This document shows positions 48,612 to 57,718 of a DNA stretch of 64,000 nt, piece by piece. Below the pieces are notes generated by a model that was given only the letters and a program-made list of their open reading frames with translations, was not told the origin of the DNA and did not search any database. A program made the position numbers and the translations under genes. Origin of the DNA: Thermoplasmata archaeon (GTDB lineage Archaea > Thermoplasmatota > Thermoplasmata > WALJ01). Location: NCBI GenBank assembly GCA_027006785.1, contig JALTFR010000032.1, forward strand, positions 67,685 to 131,684, written 5' to 3'. Position 1 is the stretch's first letter, and every line of letters begins with the position of its first letter.

Positions 48612-49250
48612 ATGGACCTCTTCTCATTCGCAGTAGCTGTATTCACAGCTCTATTCGCCATAGTGAACCCGTTGGGAGCCATCCCTCTGCTCGTCAGCCT
48701 TACAGAGGGTTATGAAAGCACTGAGAAGAGAAGGGTTGTGACAAAGGCCGTTATAAGTGCTATGACCACTCTTCTGATATTCGCTGTTTTCGGAAACTAT
48801 ATCTTTGCTTTCTTTGGGATAACCATTCCGGCATTCAGGATTGCAGGAGGCCTTCTTCTTACCAGTGTGGGTTTCAGCATGATGAGAGGCCAACCGCCCC
48901 GTACAAAGAGCACCCCGGAGGAGAGGGAAGAGGCCATAGACCGTGAGGATATAGGGGTCGTCCCTCTCGGAATACCAATGCTTGCAGGGCCGGGTTCGAT
49001 AACAACAGTGATGATATACGTATCGAAGAGTGAGAGCATTTCCGAGATAGGGATAGTCCTTCTCTCGATAATAGCCGTAATGTCAATAGCATATGTTCTC
49101 TTTATATATGGCGACCGTATTTTCAGCAGGATTGGAAGGGTGGGCAGCAGGGCCTTCTCAAGGATAATGGGTCTCATCATAACCGCAATAGCGGTGGAGT
49201 TCGTAATAGAGGGAATACAGGCCGTGCTCGTCCAGTGGGGAGTGCTGTAG
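48612..49250 (+). CDS. MarC family membrane protein
   Basis: LFAIVNPLG, AFRIAGG, VVPLGIPMLAGPGSIT, RIMGLI. Confidence 0.93.
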   Translation: MDLFSFAVAVFTALFAIVNPLGAIPLLVSLTEGYESTEKRRVVTKAVISAMTTLLIFAVFGNYIFAFFGITIPAFRIAGGLLLTSVGFSMMRGQPPRTKSTPEEREEAIDREDIGVVPLGIPMLAGPGSITTVMIYVSKSESISEIGIVLLSIIAVMSIAYVLFIYGDRIFSRIGRVGSRAFSRIMGLIITAIAVEFVIEGIQAVLVQWGVL

Positions 49251-49280
49251 AAAGATTAATCTGAACCCTCTATATGCCAC

Positions 49281-49804
49281 ATGGACCCTCTGAAAACTGC
49301 GGAGAGACTTGGATACAGGGTGCGCCTCATACCCCATGAAAGGATAAAGGAGTACATAGCGTGCTACAGAGTGATGTACAAAGGAATGGAGATTTACCCC
49401 GGAGTCGCATTGAGATTGGGCATCCCACCGAACGAGATTTGGGTGAGCGATGTTTTCAGGGATTTTCTCGGTCACATACTCTTTCACGAGCTCAGGGAGA
49501 TAGAGCACAGATACGAAGGGCATTCTCCCGATGATGCTCACATTCTGGCTCTTAAGGACGAGGAGAAGGAGTTCATCGGGGATGAGAAATGGCTCAGGTT
49601 GAAGAAAGAGATAAATGTGTGCACGGTGGAAGAGCTCCTCAGCACCCATGGAATTGGAAAGGAGCTTGCGTTGAGGATAATGGACAATCGCCCTACGATA
49701 GTATGGACGAGATTCTGAGAGTAAAGGGAATCGGAGAGAAAAGAGTGAATGATCTGAAAAATAGGTTCTGGTGCATTCGGGAGGAAGATACTGCGGATTT
49801 TTGA
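49281..49804 (+). pseudogene. Frameshifted HExxE metallopeptidase-like / ComEA helix-hairpin-helix protein
   Basis: First frame ends ...GIGKELALRIMDNRP; the second HhH YDSMDEILRVKGIGEKR continues in the -1 frame at about 49693. Confidence 0.75.
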
Positions 49805-49881
49805 TATTGAAAAACGAGCACATAAGGCATTTTCACAATCCAGACACAGAAACTTTGATAACTCGAAGCCTATGTGGTAGC

Positions 49882-50664
49882 ATGGTCACAAGATTCACAT
49901 TCTTAGGAAGCGGGGGTGGAAGGTTCACCACGATATTTCAGGCCAGAGCGACAGGCGGACTTTACATTGAGGACAGAGTGAGGCTCCATGTTGACCCCGG
50001 GCCAGGTGCGCTCATCCAGATGAAGAACATGAGAATAAACCCGACAAAGACAGATGCCATTCTGGTGTCCCATTCACATCCCGACCATTACACGGATGCG
50101 GAGATAATCATAGAGGGCATAACGGGGGGCGGCCTTAAGAAAAGAGGAAACCTTCTCGCTTCGAAGAGCGTTCTGGAAGGCACGGATGGCATAGGTCCGG
50201 CCATATCTAGGTATCATCAGTCTCTCATATCCAGCAGAAGCATGGAGCCCGGCGATTTCTTCAGCATAGGCCCCATAGACATCGAGGCCACGCCTTCCGT
50301 GCATTCTGACCCTGCCACCGTGGGATTCAAGTTTCATACATCAAGCGGCGTAATATCCTATGTTGCGGATACGGAGGCGGCCCAGCATGTAATAGAGGCC
50401 CACATGGGTTCAAGGGTTCTCATACTTCCGGTAACTCGTCCGAGAAATTCAAGGATACCCGGGCATCTTTGCACTGAAGATGCGATAGCCTTCATAGAGA
50501 AGATAGGTCCTGAGATGGTCTTCTTCAACCATTTCGGCCTTAAGATGGTGAGGGCGCCCCCCGAGGTGGAGGCATACTGGGTTCAGGAGAAAACCGGTGT
50601 CAGGACAATTGCGGCTGAGGACGGAATGCGTGTTAGCATGGGTACGCGCATCATGGTGAGATGA
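49882..50664 (+). CDS. Metallo-beta-lactamase fold hydrolase
   Basis: FLGSGGGRF, VDPGPG, SHSHPDH, HSD, YVADT, HL, NHFG. Confidence 0.92.
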   Translation: MVTRFTFLGSGGGRFTTIFQARATGGLYIEDRVRLHVDPGPGALIQMKNMRINPTKTDAILVSHSHPDHYTDAEIIIEGITGGGLKKRGNLLASKSVLEGTDGIGPAISRYHQSLISSRSMEPGDFFSIGPIDIEATPSVHSDPATVGFKFHTSSGVISYVADTEAAQHVIEAHMGSRVLILPVTRPRNSRIPGHLCTEDAIAFIEKIGPEMVFFNHFGLKMVRAPPEVEAYWVQEKTGVRTIAAEDGMRVSMGTRIMVR

Positions 50665-51326
50665 TGAAGTACGCTGAGTGGGAGCCGTATTATCTCGAAA
50701 TAGTCAGGGATTTCGGCTTCAATCCCTCAGAAGATGCAAGGGCAGGCGATATTCTTTCAGCACTTCTTCGGGACAGGGGCGGAATAACCGGGCCATCTCA
50801 CCTTGCCGAGATAATAAAAGGAAAACACGTGGATATAATCGGCCCAGCTGGGGGCAGCTCTGTAAAAGAGGTAAAGGAAAAGAAAGATCTCATAATTGCC
50901 GCAGATTCGGCGGTCCCCACTCTCCTTGCAATGTCCATACTTCCGGATATAATAACAAGCGACCTGGATGGAGGTACAGATGCTCTGATTCGAGCCAGTT
51001 CCATGGGTTCCATAGTTCTCATACATGCACATGGGGACAACATGGAACTTATCAGGAGATATGTCCCGCATTTCAAGGGACCGCTTGGGGGAACCGTGCA
51101 GACAGAGCCCTATCCCCCGCTCATGAACTTCGGGGGGTTTACAGACGGTGACCGTGCTGCATTCATAGCGGATGCAATGGGTGCGGAGCGCATAACCCTC
51201 ATAGGTTTTGATTTTGAAAATCCGGTGATAAAACCAGGAATGAGCCATGAGCAGCTTGAAATAAAGAAAAGAAAGCTTGAGTGGGCCCGCAGGCTCCTCT
51301 CTCTTCTGGATGTTGAAATGGTTTAG
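50661..51326 (+). CDS. mptE: 6-hydroxymethyl-7,8-dihydropterin pyrophosphokinase, archaeal MptE
   Basis: WEPYY.EI..DFGF, IAAD, SDLDG, HAHGDN, NFGGFTDGDRA, KKRKLEWA. Confidence 0.9.
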   Translation: MMKYAEWEPYYLEIVRDFGFNPSEDARAGDILSALLRDRGGITGPSHLAEIIKGKHVDIIGPAGGSSVKEVKEKKDLIIAADSAVPTLLAMSILPDIITSDLDGGTDALIRASSMGSIVLIHAHGDNMELIRRYVPHFKGPLGGTVQTEPYPPLMNFGGFTDGDRAAFIADAMGAERITLIGFDFENPVIKPGMSHEQLEIKKRKLEWARRLLSLLDVEMV

Positions 51327-51362
51327 GTTTAGTCATATCAGAGCTCTTACGCGCTTAAAGCC

Positions 51363-52901
51363 TCAGAACTGGTCAAAATCACCCTCTTCTTCCTCTTGGT
51401 CGGCTTCGCTGTCTTCAAGACCTTCTTCATCGAGCTCAATGTCATCGAAATCCTCTTCCTCTTCTTCGTCGGTCTCCTCGTCCTCTTCTTCATTCTCGGT
51501 TGTTCCGAGGTCGAAGATGAGCGACTGCGCAGCGCTCTCGTAGAATTTCGCCAGTTCTTTGAGTTCTTTAGGTATTATTAGCTGTCCGTTGGTTATCTGT
51601 GTTATCCTCTTCAGTGTGTCTATGGCTATTTCGGCTCTTTCCCTCTTCTTCTGAAGCCTCTCTCCTTCAGCACCCTCGGGAATTTCCACAAGGTCTTCGG
51701 GGGTGTCTCCGATATACACAGCGTTGATTATAACGCCACGTGAGGGTGGAAAGCGCTCTTTAACGAAGTTTATTATGGATTCGGAGACCTCCAGAACATC
51801 TTCTGTCTTTGCGAAACTTCCCTTCCATCCGTTGAACTCTCCATCTGAGAGTATGATTATCATGGTGGGCATCTTTTTCTTGGAGTCCTTTTCCATCAGG
51901 CTGAGAAGTTTATCGAGCTCCTCAAATGCGTTGACACCGTTGGTTGGCTTGTTGCTCTCCTGAGGTATGTAGGTGAAGAGCATCTTTATGAGCATTTCTT
52001 TGTACTGCTCTGTGGTGTCTACTCCTGCAGCCCCTATCTGGAGCCAGTATCTTATATTTCCCTTGTATTTATATGCTGCGGTCTTTGCCTGGCTGGAGTA
52101 GGTTATGAGTGCGACCCTCTCACTGAGCTCTCTCTCGGCCTTTTCCGAGAAATAGAGGAGAACGGCTGTGATTGCGCCGTGTATTCTCAGGACCTCTTTG
52201 CTCTTCTCCACGCTTTCCACCGTCTCTTTCAGCATTGTGAACTTCTGGTTGGCCATGAGTTTGTTGATTATCGGGTCATCGGAGAGCTTCATTATTCCGG
52301 GGGTGTTGTGGATGTAGTTAAAATACATCGAACCGGACGTATCCACCATGAGTATTCCGTTGAATGGTGATGTCACTGAGACCTTAATCTGCGTTTTGTC
52401 GGTGTAAACTGCATAAGGGAATGGATTTATCTTTGCAACCGTGAGGGTTATTCCCTTTTCATCCCAGTATATCTTAGAGCCGTGGTTGAACACAGGTTCC
52501 TTTTCCATGAAAAAGTTATGTATGGCCTCTCCACCATTCTCGTTTATCTCTTTGACTATCTCGAGAAGTTCGCCCCGCTCACTTCCCTCCATCTCAACAC
52601 GCATGACCGCTTCTTCGGCCTCAAGTGGTTCGGCAGGGAGTATGTCGAGGGCATCACCGTTGGTTGCACCGGACAGCTGAGCGCTCGTCCTGTTTATATA
52701 AGCCTCTCCTTTTTTTATCTTGGAATCGAACAGAAGTCGGTAATATTTCGATTCTCCTCTGTCCCTGTTGAATACCTCGACGATATCTCCTTTTTTAAGG
52801 CCCATCTTCTTTCCTACTGTCGAGTTGATCTTTATTACCCATGAATCTACATTGTCTTTGAGTACTGCTGCGAACGGCTCCATATTGAACACCTGAACCA
52901 C
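51363..52901 (-). CDS. Cdc48/VAT N-domain-like + von Willebrand A domain protein with acidic tail
   Basis: N-term KMGLKKGDIVEV...KGEAYINRTSAQLSGATNGD.LDI.PAE (double-psi barrel); MVDTSGSM, T, ILSDG MIDAS; D/E tail. Confidence 0.8.
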   Translation of the reverse strand: MVQVFNMEPFAAVLKDNVDSWVIKINSTVGKKMGLKKGDIVEVFNRDRGESKYYRLLFDSKIKKGEAYINRTSAQLSGATNGDALDILPAEPLEAEEAVMRVEMEGSERGELLEIVKEINENGGEAIHNFFMEKEPVFNHGSKIYWDEKGITLTVAKINPFPYAVYTDKTQIKVSVTSPFNGILMVDTSGSMYFNYIHNTPGIMKLSDDPIINKLMANQKFTMLKETVESVEKSKEVLRIHGAITAVLLYFSEKAERELSERVALITYSSQAKTAAYKYKGNIRYWLQIGAAGVDTTEQYKEMLIKMLFTYIPQESNKPTNGVNAFEELDKLLSLMEKDSKKKMPTMIIILSDGEFNGWKGSFAKTEDVLEVSESIINFVKERFPPSRGVIINAVYIGDTPEDLVEIPEGAEGERLQKKRERAEIAIDTLKRITQITNGQLIIPKELKELAKFYESAAQSLIFDLGTTENEEEDEETDEEEEEDFDDIELDEEGLEDSEADQEEEEGDFDQF

Positions 52902-52969
52902 GAGACACAGAGATATGATTTAAGTTTTTTGGGATAACTTCCACTCTTGTAAGGCAAATATGTGAAGAA

Positions 52970-53425
52970 TTACACGTGTCGCAGCTCCCTCACCCTTTCG
53001 CTCACAATATCACAGATATTTTCCAGCATATGTATCTCACCATGGTTGAAGGGGGAGAGCCTGTGCGAGTCTATGTCGAGCTCTCCAATTACTGCATTCC
53101 CATACAGAATGGGAATCACCACCTCGGATTTCACATCCGGGCTGCATGACAGGTAATTCTCCTCCTTCGAGACATCCTGGACCACGAAGACATCCTTTCT
53201 CTCCGCTGCCTGCCCGCATATTCCCTCGCCGAAACCTATCCTGACATGCTCTGTGGGAGCTCCGGAATAGGGCCCGAGAACGAGCTCATCGCCATCAACG
53301 ATGTAGAAACCCACCCAGTCGTAGTGCTCCACATTCTCCCTGAGGAATTCGCAGACCATCTGCAACGATCTTTCGCTCTCTTTCTCCCTTTCCAGTATCT
53401 CTTCAACACCTTTCAGGATGTCCAT
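52970..53425 (-). CDS. GAF domain protein, free methionine-R-sulfoxide reductase (fRMsr/MsrC-like)
   Basis: WVGFY, LVLGPY.G, IGFGEGICG, YLSC...KSEVVIP, ELDIDS. Confidence 0.88.
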   Translation of the reverse strand: MDILKGVEEILEREKESERSLQMVCEFLRENVEHYDWVGFYIVDGDELVLGPYSGAPTEHVRIGFGEGICGQAAERKDVFVVQDVSKEENYLSCSPDVKSEVVIPILYGNAVIGELDIDSHRLSPFNHGEIHMLENICDIVSERVRELRHV

Positions 53426-53500
53426 ACCGTGGCATGTCCTTGAGAGTATTAGTTTTTTCGGAGAGCGCATCTTTTTATGCCACCATTGCATTGAGGTCAT

Positions 53501-54748
53501 ATGGAGATTCCGAGGGACACCATGTACCTGAAGTTCCGATTGTACGGGTTCCTGAAGAACCTCAGGTTTTTCGACCCCTTCATAATCCTCTTTTTCAGGG
53601 AAATGGGGCTGTCCTTCTTCTCCATCGGGCTTCTTTTTTCAATAAGGGAGATCGCCACCAACATATTCGAGATACCCACGGGCTTCATAGCGGATTCCAT
53701 CGGAAGAAGGAAGGCCATGATAGCCGCCTTTTCCTCCTATCTCATAGCTTTTGCAGTTTTCTATCTCTTTCCATCGTTCTGGATGTACGCCTTTGCCATG
53801 GTCCTTTACGCATCCGGAGAGGCTTTCAGGTCTGGTACGCATAAGGCGATGATACTGGAATACCTGAGGATAAAGAAGATGGAACATCTCAAGGTGGAGT
53901 ACTACGGAAGGACGCGCTCCGCCTCACAGTTCGGCTCGGCAATATCCTCTCTCATCGCAATGGCCCTTGTCTTTTACTACGGTTCATACAGAATTGTCTT
54001 CCTCGCTTCCATGATACCATATGTCATTGAACTCTTTCTCATGTTCTCCTATCCGAAATACCTTGACGGGCAGATTGTTTCAATGAAAGGCACATGGTGG
54101 GAGCGCTCCAGAGCAGGTTTTTCGGCCACATGGAAGGACTTTCGCAGGATGATAACGGACAGGCCGGCATTAAGGGCCATATCAAACTCCGCGTTCTTCG
54201 ACTCCATGTTCAAATCCTCGAAGGACTATCTCCAGCCCATACTGGAGGCGCAGGCCCTTGCCTTACCGGTCCTTCTGTACCTCACAGGTGAGCAGAGGAC
54301 CGCTGTTGTCGTGGGCATCGTCTATTTCTTCCTGTATCTCCTGACATCCTACGCATCGCACAGCGCAGGCGCATTCTCAAGGAAGGTGCGCTCCCTGACA
54401 TTCGCCATAGATGTGACATACCTCATAGGCGCATTCCTGCTTCTTCTGGCAGGTGCATTCACCTTCATGCAACTGCTTCCCCTGGCGGTCATCTTCTTCA
54501 TAGCCCTCTACGCCCTCCAGAACCTCAGGAGACCGCTGAATGTCGCCTACATCAGCGATAACATACCGCACAGGACCATGGCCTCAGGCCTCAGCGTGGA
54601 ATCTCAGATAAAGATGACAGTTGTGGCCATAGCCGCCCCTATAATCGGGTTCATGGCTGACAGCATCGGAATAGGCCCTGCGCTCTCCGTCACCGCCTTC
54701 TTTTTCATCTCCCTTTTCCTTCTGGTGAGGGTGAACCGGACTGAGTGA
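53501..54748 (+). CDS. MFS transporter
   Basis: FEIPTGFIADSIGRRK, GEAFRSGTHKA; about 12 TM. Confidence 0.92.
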   Translation: MEIPRDTMYLKFRLYGFLKNLRFFDPFIILFFREMGLSFFSIGLLFSIREIATNIFEIPTGFIADSIGRRKAMIAAFSSYLIAFAVFYLFPSFWMYAFAMVLYASGEAFRSGTHKAMILEYLRIKKMEHLKVEYYGRTRSASQFGSAISSLIAMALVFYYGSYRIVFLASMIPYVIELFLMFSYPKYLDGQIVSMKGTWWERSRAGFSATWKDFRRMITDRPALRAISNSAFFDSMFKSSKDYLQPILEAQALALPVLLYLTGEQRTAVVVGIVYFFLYLLTSYASHSAGAFSRKVRSLTFAIDVTYLIGAFLLLLAGAFTFMQLLPLAVIFFIALYALQNLRRPLNVAYISDNIPHRTMASGLSVESQIKMTVVAIAAPIIGFMADSIGIGPALSVTAFFFISLFLLVRVNRTE

Positions 54749-55604
54749 GATAGACGCCTGCCAGTATGAGCAGGCCCCACATCAGAAGGTATGGCGACAG
54801 CCTCTCGCCCATGAGGAGCGCGGAGAAAAGAACGCCGAAGAGCGGTATAAGGAACACGAAGGCTGTCTGCGCCGAGACCTCGTTGTGCTCGAGGACCTTA
54901 TACCAGAGCAGGTAGGGGAAAAGGGTGCCTATTGAAAGGAAAAGAAGGGCAAGGAGCCCCCAGGCATCCAGGGAAGGCACCTGAGGCTCGTATGCCCACA
55001 CAGGAAAAAGGAAGAGAGCACCGAAGACATAGCCCCATATCATCACGCCTTCGGGACTTGTATCGTGGAGTATGTGCTTCCCGATTATTCCGGATATGGC
55101 ATAGGAGAGCGCAGAGAGAAGTATGAGAAAGGCCCCCAGGCTGTTCGCATCCCCTATTCTCAGGTCTCCGCCTGTTGAGAGCATTATGGCGCCTGCGAAG
55201 GCCATGAGTATGCCCAGCACCTTCCTGCCGGTAACCTTCTCCCTGAGGAACAGGGCCGCGAGTATCAGGGTGAAGACAGGGCTCATGGGCTGGAGTATGC
55301 TGGTGACCGATGCGACGGTCTCACGGTCCATCATCCTCATCCCGAAGTTCTGCAGAAGGTCGGGAAACGGTATGGTGAATAGTGCGAATATGGGAAAGAG
55401 TATGCCTATGGCCTTGAGCTCGGATACCATCTTCCTCCGGTCCCTGAGAAGGAATGGAATAAGGGCGAGAGCGCCTATACCGTACCTGAACATCGAGAGT
55501 GAAACAGGGTGAAAATATCCGAGAAGGAACTTTATCACCGGAAAGGTGAGGGCCCACACGATGACGCAGACCAGCAGCGAGGCGATTTGTATCCTCTTAT
55601 CCAC
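54705..55604 (-). CDS. DMT/EamA family transporter
   Basis: IVWALTF, R, PVFTLILAALFLREK, LIPLFGVLFSALLMGE; 10 TM. Confidence 0.92.
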   Translation of the reverse strand: MDKRIQIASLLVCVIVWALTFPVIKFLLGYFHPVSLSMFRYGIGALALIPFLLRDRRKMVSELKAIGILFPIFALFTIPFPDLLQNFGMRMMDRETVASVTSILQPMSPVFTLILAALFLREKVTGRKVLGILMAFAGAIMLSTGGDLRIGDANSLGAFLILLSALSYAISGIIGKHILHDTSPEGVMIWGYVFGALFLFPVWAYEPQVPSLDAWGLLALLFLSIGTLFPYLLWYKVLEHNEVSAQTAFVFLIPLFGVLFSALLMGERLSPYLLMWGLLILAGVYLTQSGSPSPEGKGR

Positions 55605-55631
55605 AGGGCGAAATGGCGGTGCAATTAAACC

Positions 55632-56756
55632 TTATTCCGCTATTATGAACAGGATCTTCAGAGATGGTGACATACCCCCGAACTCCTTCAGAAGTTCCTC
55701 GTAGATGGGGAGTGCATCCATGCTTTCCATGGCATCCCTGACATCGGCGAAGACCATGCAGCCCTCTGTCCTTTCTGCAAAGGAACTTATGATGAATCGT
55801 ATCATCTCCACATGCTCTTCTATAAGCGGGTTCAGGTGGTCCGGCCCGAGCTCCTTGGATATCTGGAATGCAGGTATGTCCCTGCCAACCCTTTTTCTGA
55901 ATGAATCGGGGTCGTCCGATACGAATGCCAGTATCGGCACATCATCCTTGATGGCCCTTTCGAGCCTTCTGTACGCTGCCTCTCTGTCCACGACCTCAAA
56001 TCCGGGTTCCACGGTTCCGGAATGCTCCTCAGGAGACACCAGAAATGCACGGTAGCGGTATATCGCATAAAGGATGAAGAGCGAGAATATTGAGAAGGAC
56101 ACGGTTGTGAGCGGGTATGCGCTCTCCGCCAGGAGCATGGGTATGAACGATGATACCGTGATAAGTGTGACGGCCACTATGAACCCGGAAAGCCCCACCA
56201 TTATTTGCATTCTTAGTATTTTCATATCACTCTTGATGTATTTGTATATCATGATTACAGTGAACACCAGAGCCATGGAGAATATGTAGATGGTGTACGC
56301 AGTATAGGTTGTAGATGGAACTATTCCCCAGATGCTCTGTCCAAGTCCCTTGTATGGCTCCATATCAGCGATTATCATGTAGCCGGGGTTGACTATGCCG
56401 AGTATTGCGAAGACGAGCGATATTCCATAGAAAAAGTATATGGCGGATTTCCTCCACCTTAACCTGAGCATATATGGAAATACCACTGAGAAATGCACGA
56501 ACGCCGCAGGTGCCAGGGCCATGCCGATAAAGAGGAACTGCGCTCCGAACCATGCCACCCACTCATCGGCTGGAGGCGGACCCGCCATCCTTTCTATCAT
56601 CTCTCCGAAGGACCATATGAAGAAGGAGAAGAAGAGCATGAATGCTGCGAGGTTTCCAGGCTTCCTTATATCCGAAAGGAATAGCCGTATGAGGATCGCC
56701 GCCCCGAGTATAACAGCGAAGAGCGCAGGCCAGAAAGCATGAGGGAACCACATCAA
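55632..56756 (-). CDS. HisKA-7TM-type membrane sensor with short cytoplasmic DUF835-like domain
   Basis: 7 TM with NLAAF, FIWSFGE, FVHFSVVFP, YAIYRYRAF; C-term FQISKE.GPDHLNP..MVFAD. Confidence 0.72.
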   Translation of the reverse strand: MMWFPHAFWPALFAVILGAAILIRLFLSDIRKPGNLAAFMLFFSFFIWSFGEMIERMAGPPPADEWVAWFGAQFLFIGMALAPAAFVHFSVVFPYMLRLRWRKSAIYFFYGISLVFAILGIVNPGYMIIADMEPYKGLGQSIWGIVPSTTYTAYTIYIFSMALVFTVIMIYKYIKSDMKILRMQIMVGLSGFIVAVTLITVSSFIPMLLAESAYPLTTVSFSIFSLFILYAIYRYRAFLVSPEEHSGTVEPGFEVVDREAAYRRLERAIKDDVPILAFVSDDPDSFRKRVGRDIPAFQISKELGPDHLNPLIEEHVEMIRFIISSFAERTEGCMVFADVRDAMESMDALPIYEELLKEFGGMSPSLKILFIIAE

Positions 56757-56802
56757 TGAACTCTTTCATTCGAAGTTTAAAAGTTTTTGCACATCTTTTC
56801 GC

Positions 56803-57636
56803 TCACAGGACGCAGCACCTTTCCCGCACCTCCCACTCATACCCCTCCTTCTCAGCCCACTTCTTGGTTTTCTCGGTGGGAAGCACTATGCCGGTGAAAC
56901 CCAGCTCTATCGCATATCTCTCCATCTCCCAGTAGTCGCCAGCCCTCGGCCTCATGCAGCCGATGACCCTTTCACCGTGGAATCCATCACTCTCTTTCAT
57001 GACCTTCTTTATGTCATCGAGGGAAGGTGGACTCACACCCTCCATTTCAGTCCCTCTGGTTGGGATGAGCGCATTTATCACCATCTTCTTTGCTTTGCTG
57101 GTCTTCACAGCATCAATGGCCCTGAACTCCCCTTTTATCTTTCCATAATGCAGGCCGATGGTTATGTGCGGAGAATGTGGAATTCCTTCGGCATCCAGTT
57201 CATTGAGCGCATTGAGATAATCATCCGCTTTCCTGTCCAGGTGATAGACCTCCTGTACCGTTTCATCGGAGCCCACCACATCCAGCGATACCATGTCAGG
57301 ATGCATTATCTTCAGGGCCTGCAATGTGCTATCCCTCATCAAGCCAACATGCACATTGACCTTCAGGTCCGAGTATATCTTCACCTTTCGTATAAGGTGT
57401 GCGAACGGCTCTATCGGAACGCTGCCGTCATCCCGCGCTCCCCCGCTCAGAAGGAAACCCTCTGCGCCCTCTCCCGATATCCTTTCAAGGACCTCTATGA
57501 GCCTTTGAGGGTTCTCGGCAGGTATCATCCCTTCAAGGTAGTGGCGGTTGCAGTGAGCGCAGTTGAGAGCGCAGGCCCTTCCGGTCACTGATATGCTCGG
57601 GAACCTCTTTCCTGGAACATAGGCTATGAGCTTCAC
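56803..57636 (-). CDS. Radical SAM protein, biotin synthase-related (COG1856-like)
   Basis: SISVTGRACALNCAHC, LLSGG, PHITIGLHYG, IPTRGT, IGCMRP. Confidence 0.88.
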   Translation of the reverse strand: MKLIAYVPGKRFPSISVTGRACALNCAHCNRHYLEGMIPAENPQRLIEVLERISGEGAEGFLLSGGARDDGSVPIEPFAHLIRKVKIYSDLKVNVHVGLMRDSTLQALKIMHPDMVSLDVVGSDETVQEVYHLDRKADDYLNALNELDAEGIPHSPHITIGLHYGKIKGEFRAIDAVKTSKAKKMVINALIPTRGTEMEGVSPPSLDDIKKVMKESDGFHGERVIGCMRPRAGDYWEMERYAIELGFTGIVLPTEKTKKWAEKEGYEWEVRERCCVL

Positions 57637-57718
57637 GGCTCTGCATACACATCTCTATTTAAGAGATGCCCGCTTTTCCGACAAAATCTTTATACACAGC
57701 CCTTTTCTTCCGCTCCTG

